Source: an uncultured Planctomycetota bacterium (GTDB lineage: Bacteria; Planctomycetota; Planctomycetia; Isosphaerales; Isosphaeraceae). From it: DNA of 64,000 nt. The translations under genes and the position numbers were made by a program. Shown here piece after piece: positions 10,081 through 20,858 of this stretch. The DNA is taken from positions 672,001-736,000 of the forward strand of contig CAWGMQ010000005.1 in NCBI GenBank assembly GCA_963823665.1. The letters run 5' to 3'. The notes under the pieces are model-generated. The model made no database searches. It had not been told where the DNA came from and saw nothing but the letters and a program-made list of their open reading frames with translations. Position 1 is the stretch's first letter. Every line of letters starts with the position of its first letter.

Positions 10081-12771
10081 TTATCCATGCTCCCGCCACT
10101 CATCGATCAGTGAGGCAACGAGCGCCGTCCAGCCGGTCTGGTGCGAGGCGCCTAACCCGGCCCCCGAGTCACCGTGGAAGTACTCGTAGAACAGAATCAG
10201 GTCGCGCCAGTGTGGATCCTCTTGCAGCTTCCGTTGCCGGCCGTAAACGGGGCGCCATCCGCTTGAAGGATCGCGCGCGAAAATGCTAATCAACTTTTCA
10301 GCGATCGATCGGGCCATCTCGCCGTAGGTGACAGGCTGCCCGAGAGAGCCCGCGGCGCTCACAGCACGCTCCGGCCCGTACGCCTTGGCCAGCTTGCGCA
10401 GCGACTCGATCAGCAGGAAGCAGGTTGGAAACCAGATCGGACCACGCCAGTTCGAGTTGCCTCCCTTGATCTTGCTGATCGCCTCAGCCGGCTCGTAGCC
10501 AACCGATTGCCCTTCGAAGACAAACGGCGACGCCTGGTGCGCTTTGGACAGGCTGCGGATGCCGTGGTCGGATAGGAACTCCGCCCTATCCCACACCCGC
10601 TCGAGCATCTTCCCGAGCTGGGCGTCGTTCACGATCGTCAGCACGTGCGTGACCGCACCCTCTCTTTTCACCGTATGCACCACACCCTCGATCAGGTCGC
10701 CACGGTTCGAAAGGAACCAATCAAGGTTGCGCCGGAAGCTTGCGAACGGCTCGATCCAAGCCTGCTCGAGCCGCTCGACGGCAAAGAGTGGAATCAGGCC
10801 GACCAGCGACCTCACCCGCAGCTCCCCGAACGATTGGTCGGGCCGCCGCAACACGTCGTAGAAGAATCCGTCGCGGTCGTCCCAGAGCGCATACGGGCGA
10901 TTCCCCATATGCTTCATCGCGGCCGCGACGTAAACGTAGTGCTGGAAGAATTTGGTCGCCAGCCCCTCGTACACCGGGTTTTCACGCGCCAGCTCGAGCG
11001 CGATCCGCATCATGTTCAGACAGAACATGCCCATCCAGCCGCTGCCGTCGGACTGCTCGAGCACCGTGCCGTCCTTGAAGTGAGTCGAACGGTCCAGCAC
11101 GGTGATGTTGTCCAGACCGAGAAACCCCCCCTCGAAGATGTTGTTGCCCGACTGGTCGACCTTGTTAACCCACCAGGCGAAATTGATCAGCAGCTTGTGG
11201 AAGCAGCGCTCGAGAAAAAGGCGATCAGCAACTCCGGTGCGCAGCCGCGCCATGTTGTAAACTCGCCACACGGCCCAGGCGTGCACCGGCGGGTTTGTGT
11301 CGGAAAACTCCCACTCGTATGCCGGGATCTGCCCGTTCGGATGCTGGAACTGCTCGAACAGGAGCAGCCAGAGCTGATCCATGGCGTAGCCCGGGTCGAC
11401 GAGCGCATAGCCGACGCAGTGAAACGCCAGGTCCCAGGCTGCAAACCACGGATACTCCCACTTGTCCGGAACCGACATCACCCGCAGCGAATTCAAATGC
11501 CGCCAGTGCTCGTTCCTCACCGACCGGCGCGACTCCGGCGGCGGGAAAGCCGGGTCATCGCCTTCGAGCCATCGGTTCACATCGAAGAGATAACTTTGTT
11601 TGCTCCAGAGCAGGCCGGCCAGCGCCTGCCGCTGGATGCGCCGCTCGTCTTCGCTCGCCGTGCCCGGATGAATCTCTCGGTAGAATTCGTCGGCCTCCGC
11701 CTTTCGCGCGGCAATGATCTCATCGACTTTGCGCAGAGCCGGCCGTTCTCCAGCCGCCTCTCTGAGCCGGAGCCGGATCACCGCCGAGCTCCCCGGCGAT
11801 ACGGCGTCGAATCGGTAGTGGAGCGCGGCCTTGGTCCCGATTTCGAGGGGGTTGATGCACGGCTCGCCCTGAATGATGAAGCGGTGGAATGCATCCTTGA
11901 CGTAGGCGTGTGCATGCAGGCGACCGGCACCCTCGACCCTCGCACCGTTGGTCTCGTTGTCGGTGAAAAGAAGCCGCCCGCCAGGGGGTGCATCCAGGGT
12001 GCGCCGCCCAAGGTGATATTCAACCGGAACGGTCGCCAGCGATTGAACTCCGGTGTCATCGATCGCCAGGCTAAAGCCGTCCGGACCCTCGGAGCCGCGC
12101 CGGATCGTGGGCCGGGTGGCTGAGACGGGGCCAAACGCCCAGGTATTCCGGAACCACAACTGGGGCAGGATAACGAGCGGCGCAGGCTCGGGACCGCGAT
12201 TGAAAGCCTCGATGCGGATCACGATGTCTTCGGGTGTGGCCTTGGCGTATTCGATCACGATATCGAAGTAGCGGTCCTGGTCGAAGATTCCGGTGTCGAT
12301 CAGCTCGAATTCGGGCCCCTGCCCGTTCCTGGCCCTGTTCTCCTCGATGAGACGGCAATAGGGATACTCGTCCTGGGGATACTTGTAGAGGTACTTCATG
12401 TATGCATGTGATGGCAAATTGTCGAGGTAGTAGTAACACTCCTTGACGTCCTCGCCGTGGTTTCCTTCATGCGGAGTCAGCCCGAAAAGGCGCTCCTTGA
12501 GGATCGGGTCGCGGACGTTCCAGAATGCGGGGGCGAAGCAAAAGAGCTGAAAGCGGTCGCAGATGCCGGCAATGCCGTCCTCTCCCCAGCGGTAGGCCTT
12601 GCTCCGCGCCTGGTCGTGAGAGAGAAATCCCCACGCTTTGCCGTCGGCGCTGTAGTCTTCGCGCACGGTTGCCCATGCGCGCTCGGAGACATACGGGCCC
12701 CACCGACGCCACGATCCGATGTCGTCGCGGATCTCGGCCAGTCGTCTGTGCTCGGCCGTATCTGGAAGCAC
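10081..12771 (-). CDS. GH63/MGH1-like glucosidase
   Basis: [62 protein letters not shown]; likely GTG start at 12771. Confidence 0.9.
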   Translation of the reverse strand: MLPDTAEHRRLAEIRDDIGSWRRWGPYVSERAWATVREDYSADGKAWGFLSHDQARSKAYRWGEDGIAGICDRFQLFCFAPAFWNVRDPILKERLFGLTPHEGNHGEDVKECYYYLDNLPSHAYMKYLYKYPQDEYPYCRLIEENRARNGQGPEFELIDTGIFDQDRYFDIVIEYAKATPEDIVIRIEAFNRGPEPAPLVILPQLWFRNTWAFGPVSATRPTIRRGSEGPDGFSLAIDDTGVQSLATVPVEYHLGRRTLDAPPGGRLLFTDNETNGARVEGAGRLHAHAYVKDAFHRFIIQGEPCINPLEIGTKAALHYRFDAVSPGSSAVIRLRLREAAGERPALRKVDEIIAARKAEADEFYREIHPGTASEDERRIQRQALAGLLWSKQSYLFDVNRWLEGDDPAFPPPESRRSVRNEHWRHLNSLRVMSVPDKWEYPWFAAWDLAFHCVGYALVDPGYAMDQLWLLLFEQFQHPNGQIPAYEWEFSDTNPPVHAWAVWRVYNMARLRTGVADRLFLERCFHKLLINFAWWVNKVDQSGNNIFEGGFLGLDNITVLDRSTHFKDGTVLEQSDGSGWMGMFCLNMMRIALELARENPVYEGLATKFFQHYVYVAAAMKHMGNRPYALWDDRDGFFYDVLRRPDQSFGELRVRSLVGLIPLFAVERLEQAWIEPFASFRRNLDWFLSNRGDLIEGVVHTVKREGAVTHVLTIVNDAQLGKMLERVWDRAEFLSDHGIRSLSKAHQASPFVFEGQSVGYEPAEAISKIKGGNSNWRGPIWFPTCFLLIESLRKLAKAYGPERAVSAAGSLGQPVTYGEMARSIAEKLISIFARDPSSGWRPVYGRQRKLQEDPHWRDLILFYEYFHGDSGAGLGASHQTGWTALVASLIDEWREHG

Positions 12772-12775
12772 GCGC

Positions 12776-14270
12776 TCACCGCCCTCGAGACGGGAACCGG
12801 CCCGGTTCAAATCCGCGCGGGCTGTCGAAGCCTTTGGGAAACTCCAGCCGCTCGAGCAGCTCGCAAAGTTGCTTGTGCAGCGCGTCTTGGTCTGGTGTGT
12901 GCACCGGGGCCGAAGCCAGCGACGATTGATACAAAGGCACCAGTGAAAGGTACGCGCTGCGCGGCCTCGTCCCAGCTTGCAACCTGCTCCCACGCCTTCG
13001 GATCGTCGATCCGCTCGATCAAGCCCTCGATCGTCTTGACGTCGAACTTGTGCTTTCCGACATCGTCGAGGCACTTGTCGATCGACTTTGATGCATACTG
13101 CACAGCCGACTTGATCTCCGGAATCGCTGCTTGCTTCTCCATCAGGAGCGCGAGCCGGCCGAGTGCCTCCGCTGTTGCCGCTCGATTCCCTGGGCCAACG
13201 GCAGGCGAGGCGAAGAGCGCCTCCGTGCCGGGCAAGATCCAGGTTCCCCAGCGCAGTGAACCGACGGCCACGCCGTTGGCTCGAAGCGTGCGACGCCAGG
13301 TCTGGTCGCGCAGGTCGTGATGGCACGAGAAGCAGCCAAATTCGGCGAATTCCGGCCAGGGTGCCGTCGGCTTGTTGTTCGCAGGATTGATCCCGGGCAG
13401 GGGCTCGGGAGGAGCCTCGGACGCGGCGGCGCGTTTCTCTGGCTCGGGCAATCGTCGCTCCAGTAGCGCGAGCGCTGCCTTGATGGTGGTCAATCGGCCG
13501 ACGGCCCACGCCCGTGCAGCGAAGTTCTCCGCCGAAGCACCCGATCCGTCTTCACCGGGTTTCTTGTACTTTTCATCCCAGTGCGGCGGCATGTTTTCCA
13601 GATACGCGGAAAACTCGAAGCTCAACCGGGGATGACCGGCGGCGATCAGGTCGTGATTGACGTCGCGCACGGTTAAACCGTCAGAACGCTCGCCCACGTG
13701 GCAGCCTGCACAGATCTCCGCGCGGACTTTCAGGTCCTTGGTGTTCAGCAGGCCCTTGGCAAACTTGGCGGCGGCATCAAGCGTCGTCCACTCCGCGGTG
13801 GTGTGCGGCCCGATGTAGTTCGCCGCGGCCCCGTGGCACGCCTCGCAGCCAACTCCGTCGGAGTTCAGCCAGGTGGTCCGTTCGAGCTCGGCGGCCGGCC
13901 GCGTCGTCGTGTGGCACGCCAGGCACCGCTCGTCTTCGAAAGCCTTCAGGTGCTTGCCCTCTGATCCCGCAAGCTTGCTCTCGATACCCTCGGAGCGCCG
14001 GTCGAACAGGACCGCGTACGCCCGGGAGTGCTTGCCGGACGACATCCACGTCGTGTGCTCGTTCCGCCTCACGCTCGTGAGCGGCGACTTCACTTCCTTG
14101 ATGCTACCGTGACACGCCACCGCCGAGCACGATCCCGCGCCTCGGAATTCGGATGCCGCGACGGGTGTCGTCGCGCGGCCGGTTCCTTGCCGGGTCGGCT
14201 CATTTCCCCGGCAGAGCGCGGCAATCACGCAGCCGGCTAGAAGCAATAGACCATAGCGTGCCCCTCGCAT
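12776..14270 (-). CDS. Secreted multiheme cytochrome c (c554/c552-like, 5 heme motifs); frameshift ~12955
   Basis: Signal peptide; [39 protein letters not shown]-terminus continues in ORF 12776..12982. Confidence 0.85.
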
Positions 14271-14494
14271 GCCGGCTCCCGCAAAATCGGTGCGACACAA
14301 AAGTTCTGCCCGGCCGGACCTGTGCCAGGATACGGCAGGAACGGACGAAAGCCCAGGAATTAGTGGGCTCAAGACTTTTTTTGTAATATAACATGTCAGC
14401 GCGATCGTGGGCGGAGCCTCCTCGGGATCGCGCATGCTCGACTGGCCGAACGAGCCCGGCGCTCGAATCGAATCTCCCGAGGCGGAGTGATTGA

Positions 14495-15487
14495 ATGCTG
14501 GTCTTCGGTCGTGAGAACTGGCGAGCTCACCTTCCCTGGTGTGTGGCAATTCTCGCGGCAACGGCGGCGGCGGCGGTTGGTTACATCGCTTACGGGTTCA
14601 GCGCGGGCTCCTGGAGCCCGCCGGGAGGCGCAAGCCCGCCAGGGTTCGTCTACGGGCTCGCGGGCGGCGCCATCATCTTGTTCGAAATGTTGCTCTGGCC
14701 GCGAAAATCGCTCTGGCGCGGCTGGCGCCTCGGCAGGACCAAGCTCTGGATGACGGCCCACATCTGGCTCGGGCTCTTGACCATTCCCTTGCTGCTTTTG
14801 CACGGCGGCTTTCATTTCAGCCTCGGCAGAGCCACCCTCGCCGCGGTTCTGATGTGGCTCCTGGTCCTCGTGGTCGGCAGCGGCATCTTCGGTCTCGTGC
14901 TTCAGAACATTTTGCCGAAGCTCATCCTCGAACAGGTTCCGGCGGAGACGATCCACGCACAGATCGGGCACATCCTCGAACAGTATCGCGACGAGGCCCA
15001 GCGGCTGGTGGACGTGACCTGCGGCGATACCGAGTCCTCTGAAAGTGGACGCACGATTGCCGCTGTCCCTGATCGGGCTTTCGAGTCGCGTGTCGCTTCG
15101 GGATTGGTTCGTCAGGTCGGCCGCGTTCAGGGCAAGGTGGTGCAGTCGAGCATTGAGGCCAGTTGGGTACCCGGCTCGGAAGACTTGAGAAGCTTCCACC
15201 GCGACCAGGTCGACCCTTACCTTCGCGCCCGTTCCGGAACCCGGATGCGGCTGGGATCGCAGACTCAAGCGAGAGCCATGTTCCAGGCGGTCGAGGCTCG
15301 GCTCCCTCCGGCGGCGCACGACGCGGCGAAGCGCCTGGCGGATTTTTGCGAACAGCGCCGGCAATTCGATCTCCAGACGCGGATCCACTTCTGGCTGCAC
15401 GCGTGGCTGGGCGTTCATGTCGCCCTCTCCGTCGCCTTGACACTGCTGATGATCATTCACGCCGTTCTCGCGCTCGAGTATCTCTAG
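14495..15487 (+). CDS. Integral membrane protein, probable di-heme b (ferric-reductase-like) subunit
   Basis: About 5 TM helices; two His pairs 14 residues apart (HIWLGLLTIPLLLLH, HVALSVALTLLMIIH). Confidence 0.75.
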   Translation: MLVFGRENWRAHLPWCVAILAATAAAAVGYIAYGFSAGSWSPPGGASPPGFVYGLAGGAIILFEMLLWPRKSLWRGWRLGRTKLWMTAHIWLGLLTIPLLLLHGGFHFSLGRATLAAVLMWLLVLVVGSGIFGLVLQNILPKLILEQVPAETIHAQIGHILEQYRDEAQRLVDVTCGDTESSESGRTIAAVPDRAFESRVASGLVRQVGRVQGKVVQSSIEASWVPGSEDLRSFHRDQVDPYLRARSGTRMRLGSQTQARAMFQAVEARLPPAAHDAAKRLADFCEQRRQFDLQTRIHFWLHAWLGVHVALSVALTLLMIIHAVLALEYL

Positions 15488-15500
15488 CCTCAGGTAGGTC

Positions 15501-17117
15501 ATGAACGGAGAAACCGGCAAACGGCGCCAGTCGCGAATCGAGCTCACGTACTACCAGACCGCCGACTGGTATGTGTGGTGGCGGCGCGGTCTCTGTCTAT
15601 TCGCAGTCCTCGCCGTGGCGATCTGGATCGTGAAATCGGCCATCGCCAGCCGCGGCGCCACGTCTCACCCATGGTTGCCCGTCCCCACCACGATTGCCTC
15701 CAAGGGCCCCCTTTCCCAGCCGCACGCGATCTGGGACTCGACATGCGATGCATGCCACGTTTCGTTCGCCCCGATCAACGGTTCGCGCTGGTCGCCCGCA
15801 CTCTGGGCAAGTAAAGACGGGGGAAGCAAGAAGTGCACCGCCTGCCATGCCGGGCCGGCTCATCATCAGAGTCAGCTAAAGGAATCCGTCCCCGATTGTG
15901 CCGAGTGTCATCGCGACCATCGCGGGCACGATTCGTCTCTCCTCTCCATGGACGACTCGGTATGCACAACCTGTCACCAGAAACTCGCCGATCATCGCGA
16001 TGGGCCTGGCGTGGTTGTGAACATCCCCGACAGCGTGACCCGATTTGACGAAAAAAACCACCCTGGCCTTTCCGCATCCTGGACCGCGCGTGCGAAAGAC
16101 ACGAAGCGAATCAAGTTCAACCACGCAAGACATCGGGCCCTTGGGATCGCGCTCGAAAAGGGCGGAAAACCGTGGACTTTCGCCGACCTCGCGGAACCTG
16201 ACCGAGCTCGGTACGGCTGGAAGGCCGGCGTGTCGCCCGATACTCCGATCAAGCTCGAGTGCGCAGCGTGCCATGAAACTGATGCGAGCGCGGTCGCCAC
16301 ATCAGTCAATCGTGGCTCGCTGAATGCCGGCGAGCCGCGCAGCCCGGGCGCCTACATGCGGCCGATTGTCTTCGACTACCACTGCGCAGCCTGCCATCGT
16401 CTCGAGTTTGACGCCAAGCTGCCGAACGCGACGATGCGCCATGGAATCTCTGCGCAAGAAGTCTTCGCCGATCTGAACCAGCGTTACACCGCGGAGGCCG
16501 TGAGAGCCGATCCAGAACTGCTCAGGCAGTTCGTCCCGCCGCGGCCGATGCCAGGGCAACCTGCTGTGCCCGCGAAAGAGCGGATCAAGCAGGCAGCAGT
16601 TGAGAGTTATTTCACTGCGGCGAGGTTTCTCTTCGCTGCCGCGATCGATGAAAACGTCCGCCGGGCAGCAAAGTTACCCGCAAGCCGGCGAGGATGCGTG
16701 GAGTGCCATGTCCTGAAACCCGGTGCGGGGCCGATCGTGAATCTGGATTCACTCGCATCGATCGAGATTGCACCGCCGCTCATGACGCCCGTCTGGCAAG
16801 AGCACGCGTTTTTCAATCACACGACTCATCGTGCGCTCAATTGTGCCGCGTGCCACGCGGACGTCGATCTGTCCAGGGAAAACGGCGACGTGCCTCTCCT
16901 GCCGGACATCACGAAATGCGTCACATGCCACTCTCCGGCCGGCACGCTGCGCGCGGGTCAGCCCGGAGGCGCAAGCACCTCGTGTACCGAGTGCCACCGC
17001 TATCACAACGGCGACAACCCCGACCAAGGGCTGGGCGCCAGGGCGCGGCGAGGTGCACTCGAGCAGACGCTCGAGAGATTCTTGGGGGGGATGCCAGAGG
17101 CCGGTTCCGCGAAATGA
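15501..17117 (+). CDS. Membrane-anchored decaheme cytochrome c (cytochrome c3-like)
   Basis: One N-terminal TM helix; 10 CxxCH motifs counted. Confidence 0.9.
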   Translation: MNGETGKRRQSRIELTYYQTADWYVWWRRGLCLFAVLAVAIWIVKSAIASRGATSHPWLPVPTTIASKGPLSQPHAIWDSTCDACHVSFAPINGSRWSPALWASKDGGSKKCTACHAGPAHHQSQLKESVPDCAECHRDHRGHDSSLLSMDDSVCTTCHQKLADHRDGPGVVVNIPDSVTRFDEKNHPGLSASWTARAKDTKRIKFNHARHRALGIALEKGGKPWTFADLAEPDRARYGWKAGVSPDTPIKLECAACHETDASAVATSVNRGSLNAGEPRSPGAYMRPIVFDYHCAACHRLEFDAKLPNATMRHGISAQEVFADLNQRYTAEAVRADPELLRQFVPPRPMPGQPAVPAKERIKQAAVESYFTAARFLFAAAIDENVRRAAKLPASRRGCVECHVLKPGAGPIVNLDSLASIEIAPPLMTPVWQEHAFFNHTTHRALNCAACHADVDLSRENGDVPLLPDITKCVTCHSPAGTLRAGQPGGASTSCTECHRYHNGDNPDQGLGARARRGALEQTLERFLGGMPEAGSAK

Positions 17118-17131
17118 GCTGATAAGCGCCC

Positions 17132-17230
17132 ATGGGCGAGCCCATCAACGTTGATGAATCGCTGGTGGAGCGCCTGCCCTTGCCAATAGCCAAACCCGTC
17201 CGCCGGGCCCAGAACGCCGAGACATCGGTT
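17132..17230 (+). pseudogene. Truncated gene start, resembling the N-terminus of planctomycete Ser/Thr kinase-TPR proteins
   Basis: MGEPINVDESLVERLPLPIAKPVRRAQNA, then runs into the antisense toxin gene; family match is from memory only. Confidence 0.4.
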
Positions 17231-17599
17231 TCACGGGATGAACGTCACCTGGTCTCGCCATTGGTCATCGTCTGCGGCATGTGCGGCTGCCGCGAGGAAT
17301 GCCAGTAAGTCCGCGAGTTTTGAGCGCGCACGAACGATGAACAGGCCCGGCGAGTTGCGGCCGGCTCTTTGGTGGGCCGCGAACTCGGAGATCATCGTCC
17401 GCCTGTCACGGGAGATCAGTACGCGTCCAGCGGCCTCAGCCCACTGCAGAATCTCTGCGTCAGGGGTTGAGAGCGGCAGGTCTGGAGGATCACCGACGCG
17501 GGTCGCATCGATGGGATCCGCGGAGACGGCATTGTGAGAACGAATCGCCCGCCAAAGGTCGCCACGGAAATGCTCGTCGAGAAGATAGCGGAGAGCCAT
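17231..17599 (-). CDS. DUF5615 PIN-like toxin (VapC45-type)
   Basis: RYLLDEH...PDAEILQWAEAAGRVLISRD. Confidence 0.85.
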   Translation of the reverse strand: MALRYLLDEHFRGDLWRAIRSHNAVSADPIDATRVGDPPDLPLSTPDAEILQWAEAAGRVLISRDRRTMISEFAAHQRAGRNSPGLFIVRARSKLADLLAFLAAAAHAADDDQWRDQVTFIP

Positions 17600-17602
17600 A
17601 CG

Positions 17603-17935
17603 TCACGAGTCAGCCGACGACTGGCCGCTGGCGGCCCGCTCGGCGATCAGGCGGCGGATCCGGAGCAGGGCAGGACTGGGATTTGACGCCGACTCCTGGC
17701 GTTCGAGATCGGCGCGGTACTCGGCGACGTAGGTATCCACTTCCGGCCGATGAGCTTCGCGAAAGGCGATAACTCGCCGGATCAATTCGAGGTCAAGCGA
17801 TGGGAGCTCATCGCGAATTTCATCGGGGCTGCGCCCGCTCTCGACCAAATCGATCAGCGAATAGAGACCGATACGGTGGCCTGTAATGACGATTTCGCCG
17901 TTGGGCCATTGGGTCAGAAAGTTCGGAAGATTCAT
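17603..17935 (-). CDS. DUF433 antitoxin
   Basis: ITGHRIGLYSLIDLVESGRSPDEIRDELPSL; AGGGGG RBS; 3 nt from the toxin gene. Confidence 0.85.
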   Translation of the reverse strand: MNLPNFLTQWPNGEIVITGHRIGLYSLIDLVESGRSPDEIRDELPSLDLELIRRVIAFREAHRPEVDTYVAEYRADLERQESASNPSPALLRIRRLIAERAASGQSSADS

Positions 17936-17990
17936 GAGGCCCCCTTTCGCGCTGCCGTTCACCGAACGACATCTATGATACCGCTCGCCT

Positions 17991-18164
17991 TCAGCGACCG
18001 CCAGGAATGGCGGAGCGTACGACGCCGTGTTTCTCGGCGAAGTACTGCCTGCGTCCACCAAAGAGGTCCGGTTGATCTAGGAGCGTGAAAAGGCGCTGTC
18101 GGGAATAATCAGGCAAAAAGCTCACCAATTTGGGGAACGGGTTTTGATCGAACAGCAGCTTCAC
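17991..18164 (-). pseudogene. Degenerate second DUF5615 toxin
   Basis: GTG start overlaps the upstream TGA; (M)KLLFDQNPFPKLV then similarity is lost. Confidence 0.6.
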
Positions 18165-18319
18165 GCCAAAGAAACCAACATGCTCCGTTCTCGTTCCGCC
18201 GCGAAAGGTAAGGCCGCCTGAATGTCCTCGGGCTCAAGGTGGGGAAAGTCATCCCGAAGTCCAGCAGCCGACACGCCGGCCGCCAAGTAGGAAAGCACGT
18301 CGTAAACTGTGATGGGCAT
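18161..18319 (-). pseudogene. 5'-truncated second DUF433 antitoxin (absent from the ORF track)
   Basis: Manual translation: (VRG)MPITVYDVLSYLAAGVSAAGLRDDFPHLEPEDIQAALPFAAERERSMLVSLA*. Confidence 0.75.
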
Positions 18320-18361
18320 GCCGCGGACCCGACCGAGGCGATCGACGGGGCACCGCTGCCA

Positions 18362-18885
18362 TTATTCGTTTTTCACTCGCTCGAGCACGTAGATGTACTT
18401 TCGGACGCCTACCGTTGTATTGAATTCGGTGGGTCTAGGCAGCTCAGGATCGTAGGCGGAGCAGATCGTCAGCTTATCGCCCTCCAACAGGTAAATTCCC
18501 TTCAAAGTCTGCTCTCCTAGACGCACCGTCGAAAGGTCAACGCACTTTGGATCTTTGCTTTCGTCGAATTTGAGTCCGTATTCGGCGGTCCGCCGGTTGG
18601 GTCGAATCCATTTGGTGCCGTTGATCGTGTGTTCTGCGCCAGGATTTTCGCGTCGTCTTTACCGGAAAACTCGCAACGAACAACCTACCATTTCCCTTGC
18701 AGTTTCTCCTGATCAGACTCGGCTTCAACGACGGCAGTCAATGAAGAGTGGCCGGCACCGGCCTCGGCCCGTGAACCGGTTTGGAGCGCCAAGCGCATTG
18801 CGGGAAGGAGCGAGGCCACGCCCGCTGCAAAGACGAGTCGAGAAATTCGAGCACTCCGCCAGCGATCTGTCTCAACGTCGCTCAT
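18362..18885 (-). pseudogene. TIGR03067 domain protein pseudogene
   Basis: DQEKLQGKW*VV (in-frame TAG), frameshift ~18640, then KFDESKDPKCVDL...KGIYLLEGDKLTIC...RPTEF...VLERVK. Confidence 0.8.
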
Positions 18886-19107
18886 GGTAGACTCCAAACG
18901 TGGTGAAGCCTCTTCCAGCACCCGAATGACCGGGAGCGCGATGGACGACCGCAACCGTCTCGCTACCACGCTCAAGCCATCGAGGCGATGCTAGCCTTAT
19001 TCGACTGACGAGCCTACACTCGATGTTGGTTCTCGATTCGTAGTGCGACCGTGGAATTGCCGCAGACTCCGCTTCCGCTTTAGATATTGCCGGGGATTTG
19101 TTTTTTC

Positions 19108-20472
19108 GTGAGCCGACAACTTGCCATCTATGGGGGCAGCTTCAACCCGCCGGGGCTTCATCATCGCGCGACGGTCGAAATGCTGTGCAGGCACTTTGAT
19201 GAAGTCGTGATCGTGCCCTGCGGACCGCGACCGGATAAGCCGGTCACGAACGACGTCGAGCCGATCCACCGGGCGGCCATGGTCGACCTGACCTTTCGTG
19301 CCATTCCCAAGGCCCGCGTCGAGCTCTTCGACCTGGAGTCCAGCACGTTCACCCGGACTTACGACCTCGATCGAAGATTCAGAGCGGAGGGAACGCTCTG
19401 GCATGTCGTCGCCGACGAGTTCGTTCGCCGCGAGCAGAACAACGAATCAAACATTCAACGTGAATGGACGCGAGGACGTGAACTGTGGCAGGAGGCCAAT
19501 TTCGCGATCTTGAACCGTTCTGGAGCTCCACTCGAAGAGGCGGAGCTGCCGCCCCACCGTCGCGTCTTTGAAATTGACCGCGACGGGTCGAGCCTGGTCA
19601 TCCGCAATCGAGTCTTCCATCGCCAGTCGATCGCCGAGCTCGTGGTCAAGGAGGTTGACGCCTACATCCGCCGGCACAGGCTCTACCAGGGCGTCGCCTC
19701 ACCCCGGCAAACGAGACTCCGGCCGGAGAGGCAGAGCTATCTCGTCGTTGCCGATGAGCGCAACGCGGCGTCACGCGCCGTGGCCGATCGACTCGCGGCC
19801 CACAGCGGCAACGATCCCGAGCTGATCGTGGTCGTGGGCGGCGACGGCACCATGCTGCACGCCATTCGTCAACACTGGCGGCTGCGCCTGCCGTTCTTCG
19901 GGATCAACACCGGCCACCTCGGTTTCTTGCTCAACGACTCGCCCGAGGCCGAACCGGACGAGCAAGACCTCGTGCTCTACCATCTGCCCCTGCTGCGGGT
20001 CGAGCTCGAGCCGCTCGAAGGCGGCCAAATCGTCGCGCTGGCGTTCAACGACGCCTGGGTCGAGCGAGCGACCGGCCAGACTGCGTGGCTCAGGCTGCTG
20101 GTCAACGACCAGGAGCGAATCGAGAAACTCGTCGCCGATGGCGTGCTCATCGCCACCGCGGCCGGCTCAACTTCGTATGCCCGCGCGATGGGCGCGACGC
20201 CATTGCCACTCTATACAGCGGCCCTGCTCCTGGTCGGCTCGAATGTGCTGAACCCGCCGCAGTGGCGGCCTGTGATCCTGCCGGCTGATTCCCGGATCGA
20301 GGTCAGGACACACGACCCGGTCAAGCGACCGCTGAACGCGTTCATCGACGGGATTCCCCAGGGCGTCGTGCAAGCGCTTCACGCCCGAGTGAGCAACACG
20401 GCCGCCGTCGAACTGGCGTTTCTGCCCAACAATGACCCGTCGCTCAAATTGGCGAAGCTGCAATTTCCATGA
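19108..20472 (+). CDS. Bifunctional NadD-like adenylyltransferase / NAD kinase fusion
   Basis: N-terminal AIYGGSFNPPGLHH, SSLVIR, VDAYIRRHRLY; C-terminal VVGGDGTML, GINTGHLGFL, FND, ADGVLIATAAGSTSY. Confidence 0.9.
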   Translation: MSRQLAIYGGSFNPPGLHHRATVEMLCRHFDEVVIVPCGPRPDKPVTNDVEPIHRAAMVDLTFRAIPKARVELFDLESSTFTRTYDLDRRFRAEGTLWHVVADEFVRREQNNESNIQREWTRGRELWQEANFAILNRSGAPLEEAELPPHRRVFEIDRDGSSLVIRNRVFHRQSIAELVVKEVDAYIRRHRLYQGVASPRQTRLRPERQSYLVVADERNAASRAVADRLAAHSGNDPELIVVVGGDGTMLHAIRQHWRLRLPFFGINTGHLGFLLNDSPEAEPDEQDLVLYHLPLLRVELEPLEGGQIVALAFNDAWVERATGQTAWLRLLVNDQERIEKLVADGVLIATAAGSTSYARAMGATPLPLYTAALLLVGSNVLNPPQWRPVILPADSRIEVRTHDPVKRPLNAFIDGIPQGVVQALHARVSNTAAVELAFLPNNDPSLKLAKLQFP

Positions 20473-20583
20473 CCCGCTCGAGAGCCGTCGTTTGAGCAAG
20501 AATGCATTCGATCTGGTTGCGCACGCATTCCTCGGCTAGAATTCAGTTGTTCCGCGAAACTTGACGAGAGTGGAGACGGTTCG

Positions 20584-20844
20584 ATGTCCACCGATTCTTG
20601 CCGCGAGATCGAGACGTTTTACCATTTCCTGGGCGAGCGGCTTCAAGAAGGCTCGGTCAACCTTTCGCCCGAGGAGAGCGTCGAAGCATTTCGTGCTTAT
20701 CAACGCGACCTCGAGCGCCTCAGGACGGAGCTGGAGCCGGCGCTCGATCGTTTCGACCGAGGCGACTCGGCAAAGCCATTCGATGCCGAGGACGTGAAGC
20801 GCCGAGGTCGGGAGCGGCTCGCCCGCGAAGGAATCACCGACTGA
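20584..20844 (+). CDS. ParD-like antitoxin
   Basis: 86 aa ending FDAEDVKRRGRERL, directly upstream of a ParE-like toxin. Confidence 0.65.
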   Translation: MSTDSCREIETFYHFLGERLQEGSVNLSPEESVEAFRAYQRDLERLRTELEPALDRFDRGDSAKPFDAEDVKRRGRERLAREGITD

Positions 20845-20858
20845 GACTGCGCAGGCCC

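Noticed and set aside
12772..13509. 246-aa N-terminal extension of the GH63 ORF
   Set aside because: It overlaps the cytochrome gene in another frame; GH63 similarity begins near 12771
14271..14494. CRP/FNR box in the divergent cytochrome promoter region
   Set aside because: No convincing TGTGA-N6-TCACA or TTGAT-N4-ATCAA match; only an AT-rich patch
18685..18687. Pyrrolysine or stop read-through at the in-frame TAG
   Set aside because: The same gene also has a frameshift and lies among debris; no pyl genes in the window
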